This document shows positions 1 through 9,902 of a stretch of 64,000 bases of DNA, piece after piece. Source of the stretch: Spirochaetia bacterium. GTDB lineage: Bacteria > Spirochaetota > Spirochaetia > UBA9216. Under the pieces are notes generated by a model, which made no database searches, was not told the origin of the DNA, and was given only the letters and a program-made list of their open reading frames with translations. The position numbers were made by a program, and so were the translations under genes. Within the stretch, counting starts at the first letter, position 1; the number at the start of each line of letters is the position of its first letter. Location of the stretch: contig OY776510.1 in NCBI GenBank assembly GCA_963675665.1, positions 2,144,001 through 2,208,000 on the forward strand, written 5' to 3'.

Positions 1-1
1 C

Positions 2-1099
2 CACGACAGTATAGGCGCTGCAAAAGAGATGGTTGAAGCCTGTAAGGCTTTCGGAATCGGATCTACAGTCGGCTGCGAGCTTAGGGTAAATTTTAACGGG
101 ACCTTTCTTGAAGAGAAGAAAATCAATAATCCCGATATGGTTAACAGCGGGTATATTGTATTTCACGGAGTGCCGCACGACAGGATTGATGAACTTGCGC
201 ACTGGCTGAAACCTGTTAATGAGGAACGCAACAGAAGAAACAGGGCCCAGGTTGAAAAGCTCAATTCGCTTTTACCGCAGGGAATTATTACGCCTCTTGA
301 TTTTGATCGGGATGTGTATTCCATATCCGAGGCTGATAACGGCGGGGCTGTTACGGAGCGGCATATTCTTTACGCGCTGTCGGTCAGAATTGTTGAGAGT
401 TTCGGCAAAGGCAGGGGGACGGTTGATTTTATCTCTGAAAAGCTTGGAATCAATGTGCCTGACAGGGTGAAGGGATATTTGCTTGACGGTGAGAACCCCC
501 ATTATTTGTATGATCTGCTCGGAATACTTAAAAGCAATATTGTACCCAGGTTTTATATGATGCCCAAAGAGGCTGAAAGTCCCAACGCCAGGGCCGCGGT
601 TGATTTTGCCAACAGTATCGGCGCTATTCCGGCTTATTCATATCTCGGCGATGTTGCCGAAAGTCCTACCGGCGATAAAAAGGCCGAGAAATTTGAGGAT
701 GAATATCTTGATGAAATGTTTCCGATCATTAAGGACCTGGGATTCAGGGCCGTAACCTATATGCCTCCCCGCAATACTCTTGAACAGCTGAAACGGGTTA
801 TGAATCTCTGTGAAAAATATGATCTAATGCAGATAAGCGGGGTCGATATCAATTCTTCAAGGCAAGTCTTTAATTGTCCCGAGATTATGCTTCCTGAATT
901 TTCTCATTTGATTGCTTCAACCTGGGCTTTGATAGCGCATGAGCATCTTGCTTCACTGGACTCTTCGCTTGCTTTGTTCAGCCGGACCGGCAGGTTTGCT
1001 GCCCTGTCTCTTGAGGAAAGACTGAAAAAATATACCGGGTTCGGACTTGCAATGGATTTGAAGAACCCTGAAAGAATTATCGATCTTGTACAGGATTAA
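2..1099 (+). CDS. PHP-domain metallo-phosphoesterase family protein (5' truncated by window edge)
   Basis: Frame is open from base 2 (HDSIGAAKEM...), giving the PHP (D)HD motif, then GCELRV, an RNRRNR helix, and AYSYLGD / ISGVDIN motifs. Confidence 0.75.
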   Translation, partial: HDSIGAAKEMVEACKAFGIGSTVGCELRVNFNGTFLEEKKINNPDMVNSGYIVFHGVPHDRIDELAHWLKPVNEERNRRNRAQVEKLNSLLPQGIITPLDFDRDVYSISEADNGGAVTERHILYALSVRIVESFGKGRGTVDFISEKLGINVPDRVKGYLLDGENPHYLYDLLGILKSNIVPRFYMMPKEAESPNARAAVDFANSIGAIPAYSYLGDVAESPTGDKKAEKFEDEYLDEMFPIIKDLGFRAVTYMPPRNTLEQLKRVMNLCEKYDLMQISGVDINSSRQVFNCPEIMLPEFSHLIASTWALIAHEHLASLDSSLALFSRTGRFAALSLEERLKKYTGFGLAMDLKNPERIIDLVQD

Positions 1100-1113
1100 A
1101 GGAGAGTTTTTTA

Positions 1114-2148
1114 ATGAACAAACTTGATATTGCGCCCCTGCTTCGGGGGCTTACTTTTAACGGGGAAACCGGGGCTGTAATCCGCTGTAAGTCCGAAGAA
1201 ATAAAGGATGATAATACTCTTTCACTCACCGCTGAGAAAATTACCGGGCTAAAGGCTTTGCCGGAAGGAACCTCCTGTGTATCGGTAGAGGGTTTCGGAA
1301 CCTTCGAAATAAAACCGGCAAGGCGGATAGCTGTAGTTACCGGCGGGGCCCAGGGGTTTGGAGCAGGTCTTGTAGAGAAGCTTGTTGAAAAAGACATTTT
1401 TGTTTTTATTGCGGATATGAACCTGAAAGGGGCTGAGAAATTCGCGGATGAGCTTAACAGCCGGTATAAAGGCAAAACAGCTTCCGCGGTTGAGGTTAAT
1501 GTTGCCGATGAAGCTTCGGTTGAACGGATGATAAACGAAGTTGTATTTTCTGCCGGCGGACTGGATATTTTGGTAAACAATGCCGGGGTGCTTAAGGCCG
1601 GAAGCGTAAAAGAGCAGGCTCTTTCCGATTTTGAATTTGTTACCCGGGTGAATTATACCGGTTATTTTCTGTGCGTGAAATATGCATCGAGGGTAATGGC
1701 CGCCCAGAACAGGGCAAGTGTGGGTGCCGGTTTGGGCAGATACTACACCGATATTATTCAGATTAATTCCAAATCAGGGCTCCAGGGCTCAAACAAAAAC
1801 GGGGCCTACGCCGGAGGAAAGTTCGGCGGCATAGGGCTGACCCAGAGCTTTGCCATGGAGCTGGTTGAAGACAATATCAAGGTGAATTCCATATGTCCGG
1901 GGAATTTTTTCGAAGGACCTCTCTGGGCTGATCCGGAGAGAGGTCTTTTTGTGCAGTATCTGAATGCCGGGAAGGTTCCCGGGGCTAAAACCATTGATGA
2001 TGTAAAAGCTTTTTATGAGGCCAAGGTGCCGATGGGCCGTGGATGCAATCCCGACGACATAGCGAAAGCATTGTTTTACCTTGTAGCTCAGAAGTATGAA
2101 ACGGGACAGGCCCTGCCGGTAACAGGCGGCCAGATTATGCTTAAATAA
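1114..2148 (+). CDS. srlD: SDR oxidoreductase, sorbitol-6-phosphate 2-dehydrogenase-like, with ~65-aa N-terminal extension
   Basis: VTGGAQGFG, NNAG, IQINSKSG...AYAGGKFGGIGLTQSFA and KVPMGRGC resemble SrlD; SD aaggag upstream. Confidence 0.75.
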   Translation: MNKLDIAPLLRGLTFNGETGAVIRCKSEEIKDDNTLSLTAEKITGLKALPEGTSCVSVEGFGTFEIKPARRIAVVTGGAQGFGAGLVEKLVEKDIFVFIADMNLKGAEKFADELNSRYKGKTASAVEVNVADEASVERMINEVVFSAGGLDILVNNAGVLKAGSVKEQALSDFEFVTRVNYTGYFLCVKYASRVMAAQNRASVGAGLGRYYTDIIQINSKSGLQGSNKNGAYAGGKFGGIGLTQSFAMELVEDNIKVNSICPGNFFEGPLWADPERGLFVQYLNAGKVPGAKTIDDVKAFYEAKVPMGRGCNPDDIAKALFYLVAQKYETGQALPVTGGQIMLK

Positions 2149-2194
2149 GTTTGCTGATGCAAACTCCATTTCACCAAACCGCCTTCCATGGCGG
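2148..2194 (+). repeat. Intergenic double-hairpin repeat, copy 1
   Basis: AGTTTGC-tgat-GCAAACT, 13 nt, CCGCC-ttccat-GGCGG; related elements at 19379-19499 (-) and 24696-24780 (+). Confidence 0.6.
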
Positions 2195-2218
2195 CCAGGA
2201 TTTAATTAGGAGATAATT

Positions 2219-3634
2219 ATGAAGAAATATATTGCTGTAGATCTTGGAGCCTCAAACGGGAGGGTTATAGTCGGAAACCTTGAAGAGATAGAGGTTGTTG
2301 CACGATTCCCCAGCCGACCGGTACGTATCAAGGACTCAATCTACTGGGATTTCCTGGGACTTATCGCTGATATCCGTGAGGGGTTGAAAACAGCATTTAA
2401 AAAGTACGGTGATGAAATCGTCAGTATCGGTTTTGATACCTGGGGGGTGGATTATGCGCTGCTGGACAAGAATGGAGATTTGATCGGAAATCCTTACCAT
2501 TACCGGGATAGTCGAAATGACGGGATGGTGGAGAAGTTTTTTGAAATTGTCCCCAAAGAAGAAGTGTATAATGAAACAGGCATCCAGTTCATGCAGATAA
2601 ATACTCTGTATCAGATTTTTGCCCACTACAGGAATTCACCGGAAATCGTAAAGGCCGCAAGACATTTTCTTACCGTGCCGGATTTATTGAACTACTGGCT
2701 GACCGGAGTGATGAAGAACGAGTTTTCCGAGGCTACTACAACCCAGTTGTATAATCCGGTGAAACGGAAATGGTCTGAAAAGCTGATAAAAGCAGCAGGA
2801 TTTAATCCGGACATTTTCAAGGAAGTAGTGCTTCCCGGCACAGTGATAGGGCCTCTTCTTCCTGTGGAAGCAAAAAAACTTGGTGCGGGCGGGCATGTGG
2901 TGGTGACGACGGCGGCCTGTCATGATACGGCTTCGGCAGTTGCTGCAATGCCTGCAGTCTCCGGAGGAAATCCGGCATTTCTGAGTTCAGGCACATGGTC
3001 TCTGCTTGGAATCGAACTTGATCAGCCGGCAATAAACGAGCTCAGTTTTAAATACGATTTTACAAATGAAGGCGGACGCGAAGGAACTATTACGTATCTT
3101 AAAAACATTATGGGCCTCTGGATTATCCAGGAATGCAAGGCCTTCTGGGATAAAAACGGAGAAGAATACAGCTGGCCGGAAATTGTTCAGATGGCCGAAG
3201 ATGCCGGTTCTTTAGATGCCAGAATAGATGTTGATGATGCTTTATTCTTTGATTCCAATCTTACCAGCTCGGGAATGCCGCTCAGGATACAGAATTACTG
3301 CAGGGAACACGGCCGAACGGTGCCGGAGACTGTTGCCGAAATTTCAGCCTGTGTTTTCAGAAGCCTTGCTGATAAGTATGCTGTAACGGTTAAAATGCTT
3401 AAAGAGAGTACCGGCTCAAAGATTGACAGTCTGTATATTATAGGAGGCGGATGCCAGAATGATTTGCTTAACCGATGGACTGCCGAAGCTGTCAGGATTC
3501 CGGTTTTTGCCGGGCCTGTAGAGGCTACTGCTATCGGGAATATTCTTGTCCAGGCAATTTCAGCAGGAGATGTTTCTTCATATGAAGAAGGCCGCAGGAT
3601 AATTGCGGAAAATTTTGAAGTAAAGAGGTACTGA
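2219..3634 (+). CDS. rhaB: Rhamnulokinase-family (FGGY) sugar kinase
   Basis: AVDLGASNGR, GFDTWGVDY, YHYRDSR, TGIQFMQINTLYQ, CHDTASA, SSGTWSLLG, KNIMGLW, GPVEATAIGN. Confidence 0.85.
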   Translation: MKKYIAVDLGASNGRVIVGNLEEIEVVARFPSRPVRIKDSIYWDFLGLIADIREGLKTAFKKYGDEIVSIGFDTWGVDYALLDKNGDLIGNPYHYRDSRNDGMVEKFFEIVPKEEVYNETGIQFMQINTLYQIFAHYRNSPEIVKAARHFLTVPDLLNYWLTGVMKNEFSEATTTQLYNPVKRKWSEKLIKAAGFNPDIFKEVVLPGTVIGPLLPVEAKKLGAGGHVVVTTAACHDTASAVAAMPAVSGGNPAFLSSGTWSLLGIELDQPAINELSFKYDFTNEGGREGTITYLKNIMGLWIIQECKAFWDKNGEEYSWPEIVQMAEDAGSLDARIDVDDALFFDSNLTSSGMPLRIQNYCREHGRTVPETVAEISACVFRSLADKYAVTVKMLKESTGSKIDSLYIIGGGCQNDLLNRWTAEAVRIPVFAGPVEATAIGNILVQAISAGDVSSYEEGRRIIAENFEVKRY

Positions 3635-3678
3635 AAGCTTTAACATTTGGTAACCCATTTTGAAGTTTCCGGCCTCTG

Positions 3679-4941
3679 TTATGCCGGAAATTTTAATGCA
3701 ACTTTCTTGTTGTTGTCGTTTTCAATTTTGACGTCAATTGAACCGTTTATCTGTTCGGTAAGAAGTTGAATGAGGTTAATCCCGACAGATTCGGTTTCAA
3801 CTATTTGAAGTATATCTATGAATTCCGAATAGTTGAAATGATAGTTAAGTATTATTTCGTCATCTTTCTGATCAAATTTTATTTCTATCAAATTATTCAT
3901 ATTTTTTTCAGGCCATTGCTTTAATGCAATGGAAACAATTTCAGATGTTATCAGGCCGAGCGGAACTACCTTTTCAGGAGTCAGAAATATTGAAGGGATT
4001 GATATTCTGAGGTTTATATTTTCCCGATTGAATGATGTTAAAAGGTATCCGGTCAGATCGCTGATATAATCATTGAATTCTATCCGGGATAAAAGTTCTT
4101 TATTGTAAAGTTTTTCAAATATTAATGAGATGGAGAAAATCCTGTTCTTCAGATCTGTAAAATGTATTGTGTTGTCGGATCTATCCGGATCATCATAAAA
4201 ATTAATCAAACTGATAATAAGCATAAGATTATTTTTAACCCTGTGATGCACTTCTTTCATTAAAATCTCCTGCTCATGCAGTGATTTATACAGACCGCGT
4301 TCAAATTCCTTTTGTTTTGTGATGTCCCTGATTGCACAGGTAATATAATTACAGTCGATTGCGGCAAATCTGCATTCAAGACTTTTCCCCTGTTTTTCTG
4401 AAGGGATGTCGCATTCAACAATAGTTGTTATATTTTCTTCTGCAGCCCTTGTAATCGCGAATTTAACATCCTTCCTGGAGTTTTCCGGCAGGAAATCAAT
4501 TATATTCCCGCCAACAGAGGGTGAATATTTTTTATTCGATGATTTGGGATAATTCGGGATTCGCAATATACAACCTTCCCTGTCTATCTGGCAAAATTGA
4601 TCCGGCAGGGCTTTATAAATTGACTTCAGTTCATCGGTTCGATCTTCAACTATTTTTTCCAGTTCATTTAAATCTATCAGGAAATGTGATTCGTATTTTG
4701 TTTTGAAGTGTGATATTAAAATGGACAATATCGATAGTGCTGAAAAGTCAATTGTGTTAATTATGATAAGAGCACAGCACAACGGCTTATTGATTGTGTT
4801 TCCGTTAATGATAATAGACAGAGAGCAAAGAATAATAACTGCTGATACGCATAGTATCGGGATATAAAGCAATTTAAGACGTTCAGTAAGTTTGTAAAGA
4901 TTTTTCACTTTATAAGATTCTATTATAGATGAATCTTTCAT
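3679..4941 (-). CDS. Membrane sensor histidine kinase-like protein (2 TM, PAS-like, HisKA_2) with degenerate ATPase domain
   Basis: EVHHRVKNNL H-box; RDITKQK PAS end; N and G1 boxes not recognisable. Confidence 0.8.
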   Translation of the reverse strand: MKDSSIIESYKVKNLYKLTERLKLLYIPILCVSAVIILCSLSIIINGNTINKPLCCALIIINTIDFSALSILSILISHFKTKYESHFLIDLNELEKIVEDRTDELKSIYKALPDQFCQIDREGCILRIPNYPKSSNKKYSPSVGGNIIDFLPENSRKDVKFAITRAAEENITTIVECDIPSEKQGKSLECRFAAIDCNYITCAIRDITKQKEFERGLYKSLHEQEILMKEVHHRVKNNLMLIISLINFYDDPDRSDNTIHFTDLKNRIFSISLIFEKLYNKELLSRIEFNDYISDLTGYLLTSFNRENINLRISIPSIFLTPEKVVPLGLITSEIVSIALKQWPEKNMNNLIEIKFDQKDDEIILNYHFNYSEFIDILQIVETESVGINLIQLLTEQINGSIDVKIENDNNKKVALKFPA

Positions 4942-5039
4942 TTAGATAAATTCTCCATTAGGGATATTAATATTTTCGGGGAAATCGCACTGCTGTTTAA
5001 GAATATGTTAGCGCAAACATAATATGATATTCACTGTAT

Positions 5040-5939
5040 TTAGTCAATACCTGCGGAGGTTTTGTCTTTGATAATTTTAACAGGCAGGTTCAGAATAAGA
5101 ACTCCGCTCATTATCAATATTCCGCCGATTATCTGCTGGGTTGTTATCATTTCCTTAATCAGTATCCACGCCAGTATAAGTGTGTAGAGCGGTTCGAAAG
5201 TGCTTATAATGGAAGCATTTTGTGCCCCGACAATCTTCAATCCGTTCAAGAAAGCTATAAAGCCGATTATTGTACTCCAGACGGCCAGTACAATACCTGT
5301 TGTAATGTTGGTAATGCTGAAATTAATTCGGAGCGAACCGGTGGCAGCCCCGTATACGGTAAAAAACACCAGACAGCATACAGCCATATAGGCCGATATC
5401 TTCACTGGCGGAATATCTGCCAGTATTTTACGACTTCCGATAATATAAACTGAATACGCCACTGCAACCAGAAGGGCGAAAAGAACTCCCCTGAAATTAA
5501 TATAACCGAGAGGCCCCCAGAGTACAACCAGGCATCCGGCCAGTGAAACAATCAGGGCAATAAGTTTTCGGCGGCTGAAACGTTCGCCGAGAAAGGGAAT
5601 TGAGCCTGCCATTACCAATGCCGGGTAAATATACAGTATTAATGAGCCGAGAGCCGCACTTATATACTTCATGGCAAGGAACATCATCAATGCTACATTT
5701 CCATAGCAGACAAGGCCTAAAAAGAGAAGTCCGAACAGTTGGTTTCGGGTAACATGCCATTTTATCCTGCGTATTTTCATAAAGGCGGTAAAAAAAAGAC
5801 TGACGATTGCAAACCTGATTATCATTATGCTGGTTTCGTTCCCGCCGGCGGATATTGCAATTCTATTAATAACCGGAATTGATCCGAACGCGCATGCTGA
5901 AATGATTATCAGGACCAGCCCTTTAAGTTTGTCGCTCAT
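5040..5939 (-). CDS. DMT/EamA family transporter
   Basis: About 10 hydrophobic helices in two repeats; ILYIYPALV, FLGERF, ISTFEPLYT...ILIKEM. Confidence 0.9.
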   Translation of the reverse strand: MSDKLKGLVLIIISACAFGSIPVINRIAISAGGNETSIMIIRFAIVSLFFTAFMKIRRIKWHVTRNQLFGLLFLGLVCYGNVALMMFLAMKYISAALGSLILYIYPALVMAGSIPFLGERFSRRKLIALIVSLAGCLVVLWGPLGYINFRGVLFALLVAVAYSVYIIGSRKILADIPPVKISAYMAVCCLVFFTVYGAATGSLRINFSITNITTGIVLAVWSTIIGFIAFLNGLKIVGAQNASIISTFEPLYTLILAWILIKEMITTQQIIGGILIMSGVLILNLPVKIIKDKTSAGID

Positions 5940-6120
5940 GTTTTCTCCTGCGGAATATTAACACAAAAATTATGGATTATTCAGTTTCTTTGATGGTATG
6001 GAGCTGATAATACGCTGATAAATAATTTGTAAGAATGTAGATATTTACCCTTGATTTCATAATCCCGATACATATCATTAACACTGTAGATTTAAAATTA
6101 ATTTAAAACGGAGAAACACT

Positions 6121-8118
6121 ATGCTGAAAGATTTGAAGATGGCAGGGAAAATGATTCTTGGATTTGGAGCTGTATTAATTATTATTGCCGTTATTATAGC
6201 GATGACAGTTCTGGATATGTTTAAAATTCAGGGACTGGCTGAAGATATGGATTATGATTTTTTGCCGGAAATTGAACTGGCAACGAATCTGGAAAGAGAT
6301 TCGCTGCAAACCATGTATAACATGAGGGGGTACGCACTTAATTTCGGCAGGAACTATCGCGTTGTTGCGAAGGAATATCTTGCTGAAATAAATACGATTA
6401 TTGATGATGCAAAGGAACTTGCCGAAGGTTCGGAGAATCTCGTGAAACTGGAGGGATCGATAGCAACTATTGAAAAAGAAATTGCAAACTATTCAAAAGG
6501 CGCCGACCAGACAGAAATTCTGATAAATAAGATTCTGACTGAGAGGGATCTTCTGGACAAATCCGCTGCGGAATTTAAAAAAGAAACTTCATCGTTTTTA
6601 AACAGCCAGGAGGCCCAATTTAAGGCGGATCTTGAAGTGGGGAAACCCGATTCTGCCATAATGGAGAGAATGCACAAGATTTCTCTGATAAATGCAATAA
6701 TCGATCTCACCAGTGAGGCCCGTGTGAATGCATTCAAGGCGCAGTTAAATGTGGATTACACCATAGCGGAACAGGCTGTTACTTATCTGGATAATATAGA
6801 TTCGGAAATTGCTGAATTGGAGCAAATAACGAGATTGCAGCAGAATCTTGATGAAATTGACCGAATCCATCGGGCAAAGACAACCTATGCAAATGCAATA
6901 AATACTATAGCGTCTTTATACAAACAGCTGGAAGAACTCAACGTGACAAGAGGGGCAGCTGCAGATGCAGTACTTGAATCAGCCCGGGAACTTTCAGGCG
7001 CCGGCCTTGAACAGACAAGCAGTAAAGCTCAGCTCAGTGTTGATACAATTGATAATTCATTACGAATCATCATTGCAGGTTTTGTAATTGCAATAATAAT
7101 TTCAATTCTGATAGCTGTTATTCTGACGTTATCAATAACAAAAGCTTTGCAGAAAGGCGTCATTTTTGCGCAGAGTCTTTCGGAGGGAGATCTGAGAGTT
7201 GAACTTGATGTAGTTCAGAAGGATGAAATCGGAAAACTTGCTGAAGCTCTTCGAAATATGCAGGAAAAGCTCAGGGAAGTTGTTAAGGAAGTCCGGGGAT
7301 CAGCTATGATGGTTACACAGGGCAGCCAGCAGCTGGCAAGTACAGCTGAGCAGATTTCTCAGGGTGCAACCGAACAGGCCTCTACGGCTGAAGAAGTTTC
7401 CTCTTCAATGGAAGAGATAGGCGCTTCAATCAGGCAGAACACGGACAATGCTTCCCAGACTGAAAAGATAGCATCAAAGGCTGCTGATGATGCGGAAACC
7501 GGCGGAGCTGCTGTTTTGAATGCTGTAGAGGCCATGAACCTTATTGCAGAAAAGATAAAAGTTATTGAGGAAATAGCTAGAAACACTAATTTGTTGTCCC
7601 TTAATGCTGCTATTGAAGCGGCGAGAGCCGGAGAACATGGAAAAGGTTTTGCGGTTGTTGCATCAGAAGTAGGCAAGCTTGCTGCCAACAGTCAGGCTGC
7701 TGCAAATGAAATATTGGGACTGGCAAACTCAAGTGTTGAGAAGGCAAATAATGCAGGTGAAAAGATACAGTCAATTATACCGGATATCAGAAAAACAGCA
7801 GATCTCGTTCAGGAAATAAGCGCAACAAGTATGGAACAGAATTCCGGTGCTGAAATGGTTAACCAGGTAATGGTGCAGCTTGATCAGGTTATTCAACAGA
7901 ATGCAGCAGCGGCCGAAGAATCATCATCCATGTCGGAAGAGCTTTCAAGTCAGGCGGAGAAACTGATTGATATGATCGGCTTTTTTAAAATTGATGATAA
8001 TGTTAAGATTAACAGGGCGAACAGCAGAACTGTTTCAAAATCTGTACTGCAATTAAACAGTAAAACCGACACAAAAGCTTTTGCGGATGCCGGTGATGCT
8101 GATTTTGAGGAGTTCTGA
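6121..8118 (+). CDS. Methyl-accepting chemotaxis protein (2 TM, periplasmic sensor, HAMP)
   Basis: [15 protein letters not shown]; [33 protein letters not shown] signalling tip; C-terminal DFEEF pentapeptide. Confidence 0.95.
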   Translation: MLKDLKMAGKMILGFGAVLIIIAVIIAMTVLDMFKIQGLAEDMDYDFLPEIELATNLERDSLQTMYNMRGYALNFGRNYRVVAKEYLAEINTIIDDAKELAEGSENLVKLEGSIATIEKEIANYSKGADQTEILINKILTERDLLDKSAAEFKKETSSFLNSQEAQFKADLEVGKPDSAIMERMHKISLINAIIDLTSEARVNAFKAQLNVDYTIAEQAVTYLDNIDSEIAELEQITRLQQNLDEIDRIHRAKTTYANAINTIASLYKQLEELNVTRGAAADAVLESARELSGAGLEQTSSKAQLSVDTIDNSLRIIIAGFVIAIIISILIAVILTLSITKALQKGVIFAQSLSEGDLRVELDVVQKDEIGKLAEALRNMQEKLREVVKEVRGSAMMVTQGSQQLASTAEQISQGATEQASTAEEVSSSMEEIGASIRQNTDNASQTEKIASKAADDAETGGAAVLNAVEAMNLIAEKIKVIEEIARNTNLLSLNAAIEAARAGEHGKGFAVVASEVGKLAANSQAAANEILGLANSSVEKANNAGEKIQSIIPDIRKTADLVQEISATSMEQNSGAEMVNQVMVQLDQVIQQNAAAAEESSSMSEELSSQAEKLIDMIGFFKIDDNVKINRANSRTVSKSVLQLNSKTDTKAFADAGDADFEEF

Positions 8119-8156
8119 TGGTATTTTCAATGAAAAATAAAAGCAGGAGGATTTAA

Positions 8157-8633
8157 ATGGCTGATATTTTAACCGGAAACCAATTTGTGACCTTTAAAAT
8201 TGAAGATGAGATATATGCTATAAATGTGTTTAAAGTAAGAGAGATTTTGGAGGTCCCTGATATTACAAAAGTTCCGGGAATGCCGGAAATGATAAGAGGG
8301 GTGATAAACATCCGCGGAGATGTCGTTCCTGTTCTCGATTTAAAACAGAAATTCGGCAACGTCAAAACCGAGTTCAAACAGGATACTGCGATTATTGTTA
8401 CAGAGGTTGAAAAAGAAGAAGAAACAATCCCCGTAGGGATATTGGTTGATGCGGCAAAAGAGGTCGTTACGCTTGAATCGGAGCAGATGGAGCCGCCGCC
8501 GAAAATGGGGATTTTCATAGATAATAATTTTCTTCTTGGTATGGGCCGGATAGATGAAACATTTATCATTCTTCTAAATATTGACAAAATCCTGTCTGAT
8601 CAGGAGATGAAAGTTATTAACAGCCTGGAATAG
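8157..8633 (+). CDS. cheW: Chemotaxis coupling protein CheW
   Basis: FVTFKIEDEIYAI...VREI, ITKVP...GVINIRGDVVPVLDL, GILVD; SD ggagg; follows the MCP. Confidence 0.95.
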   Translation: MADILTGNQFVTFKIEDEIYAINVFKVREILEVPDITKVPGMPEMIRGVINIRGDVVPVLDLKQKFGNVKTEFKQDTAIIVTEVEKEEETIPVGILVDAAKEVVTLESEQMEPPPKMGIFIDNNFLLGMGRIDETFIILLNIDKILSDQEMKVINSLE

Positions 8634-8639
8634 GACAGA

Positions 8640-9890
8640 TTACAATTTACCGGGGTCGGCACTCTTTAATTTTATTAGAGGATAAACGATTAATCCTGCC
8701 GTCCCGGTAATTGCAAGTGCCGCTCCAAGGCCCCATTTATCTATCATAAACCCTATTGCAGGGGACAGTATTGCAACCCACAATGTCTTAAGCTGGGAAT
8801 CGGTTGAAAGGGCTGTAGCCATAATATCATTATTAAACTGATCTGACAGAAACCCCACTGTGACCGGACGGCGAAGGTTCTGGACAAGGTAGTAAAACAT
8901 AAAAATCATTATTGATACCAGATTCAACCCTGCCCACCGGGAAACACCGGATGCCGCCAGTATCAACATGCCGGCAACATAGCTCAGGTTAAGAAAATTT
9001 CTGTCCGAGCTGAATTTTCCGGACAGTTTGCCGGAAGAGCTTGAAGCTATAGAGGTTAAAAGAAATATTATACTATAGATAATTCCGGATAAAAGAGCTG
9101 TTCGCTGTTTGTCTGCTATTGTAGTCAGAACGGGCAGGCCCAGGCTTAATATCGCAATCAGGGGCTGAATATAATCTTTTACCGCTTCAAAGAAGCCGGT
9201 TGGAATCGATGAATTTAAAAAACTTGTTCTGATATATTTATTTTTGAGGCCGGAGCCCAGCTCAATGAAAATGCCTGATATTGACAATTTTTTATTATCA
9301 GTATCGGATTTATCGTTTCTTTTTCCGTCAAGCCAGGCAGGATAGCTGAGCATCAGAACCAGTTCGGCTAAATATGGAATAAGAGTAAACAAAAATACAG
9401 AACGGTAATTTCCCGTAAAAAAAACAAGGCCTGCCGCTATAAGAGCAGAGACAGCCGATCCCCTCTGCGACCAGCCTCTTGTGTTTCCGTAATAAAATGT
9501 CCGGTATTGTTCCCATCCTTTATGTTTAAGATAATCCAGAATCATTGCCTTATGCGTTCCAGTTCTGAATGCGTCGCCGAAGGCAAAGAAAATCATTGCT
9601 ATAATAATTACATAGTATTCCGGAATAAAGAAGAACAGAAGAAATGAGATAATATAACTGAGAAAACTGAAAATCATGGCGCGCCGGCGCCCGATAAAAT
9701 CAGCAACTACTCCTGAAGGTATTTCCATAATATTTACAGCGACAGCACGAATTGTAAAAAGGAAACCTATTTGGAGAAATGATATATTTGATTCCACAAG
9801 ATAGAGGATCAGGAAAGGTTCGAAGAATCTCAGGTTTTTAAGAAATCCGTAAGTACAGAATTTTACGTATTGAATGTCTTTTCTGAACAT
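8640..9890 (-). CDS. MFS transporter
   Basis: EIPSGVVADFIGRR motif A; GDAFRTGT; about 12 TM. Confidence 0.9.
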   Translation of the reverse strand: MFRKDIQYVKFCTYGFLKNLRFFEPFLILYLVESNISFLQIGFLFTIRAVAVNIMEIPSGVVADFIGRRRAMIFSFLSYIISFLLFFFIPEYYVIIIAMIFFAFGDAFRTGTHKAMILDYLKHKGWEQYRTFYYGNTRGWSQRGSAVSALIAAGLVFFTGNYRSVFLFTLIPYLAELVLMLSYPAWLDGKRNDKSDTDNKKLSISGIFIELGSGLKNKYIRTSFLNSSIPTGFFEAVKDYIQPLIAILSLGLPVLTTIADKQRTALLSGIIYSIIFLLTSIASSSSGKLSGKFSSDRNFLNLSYVAGMLILAASGVSRWAGLNLVSIMIFMFYYLVQNLRRPVTVGFLSDQFNNDIMATALSTDSQLKTLWVAILSPAIGFMIDKWGLGAALAITGTAGLIVYPLIKLKSADPGKL

Positions 9891-9902
9891 TTTGCCTCTT
9901 GG

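Noticed and set aside
6003-6021. Direct repeat GCTGATAA x2 with 11-bp period upstream of the MCP
   Set aside because: Only two short copies in AT-rich DNA and no cognate regulator nearby; may be chance.
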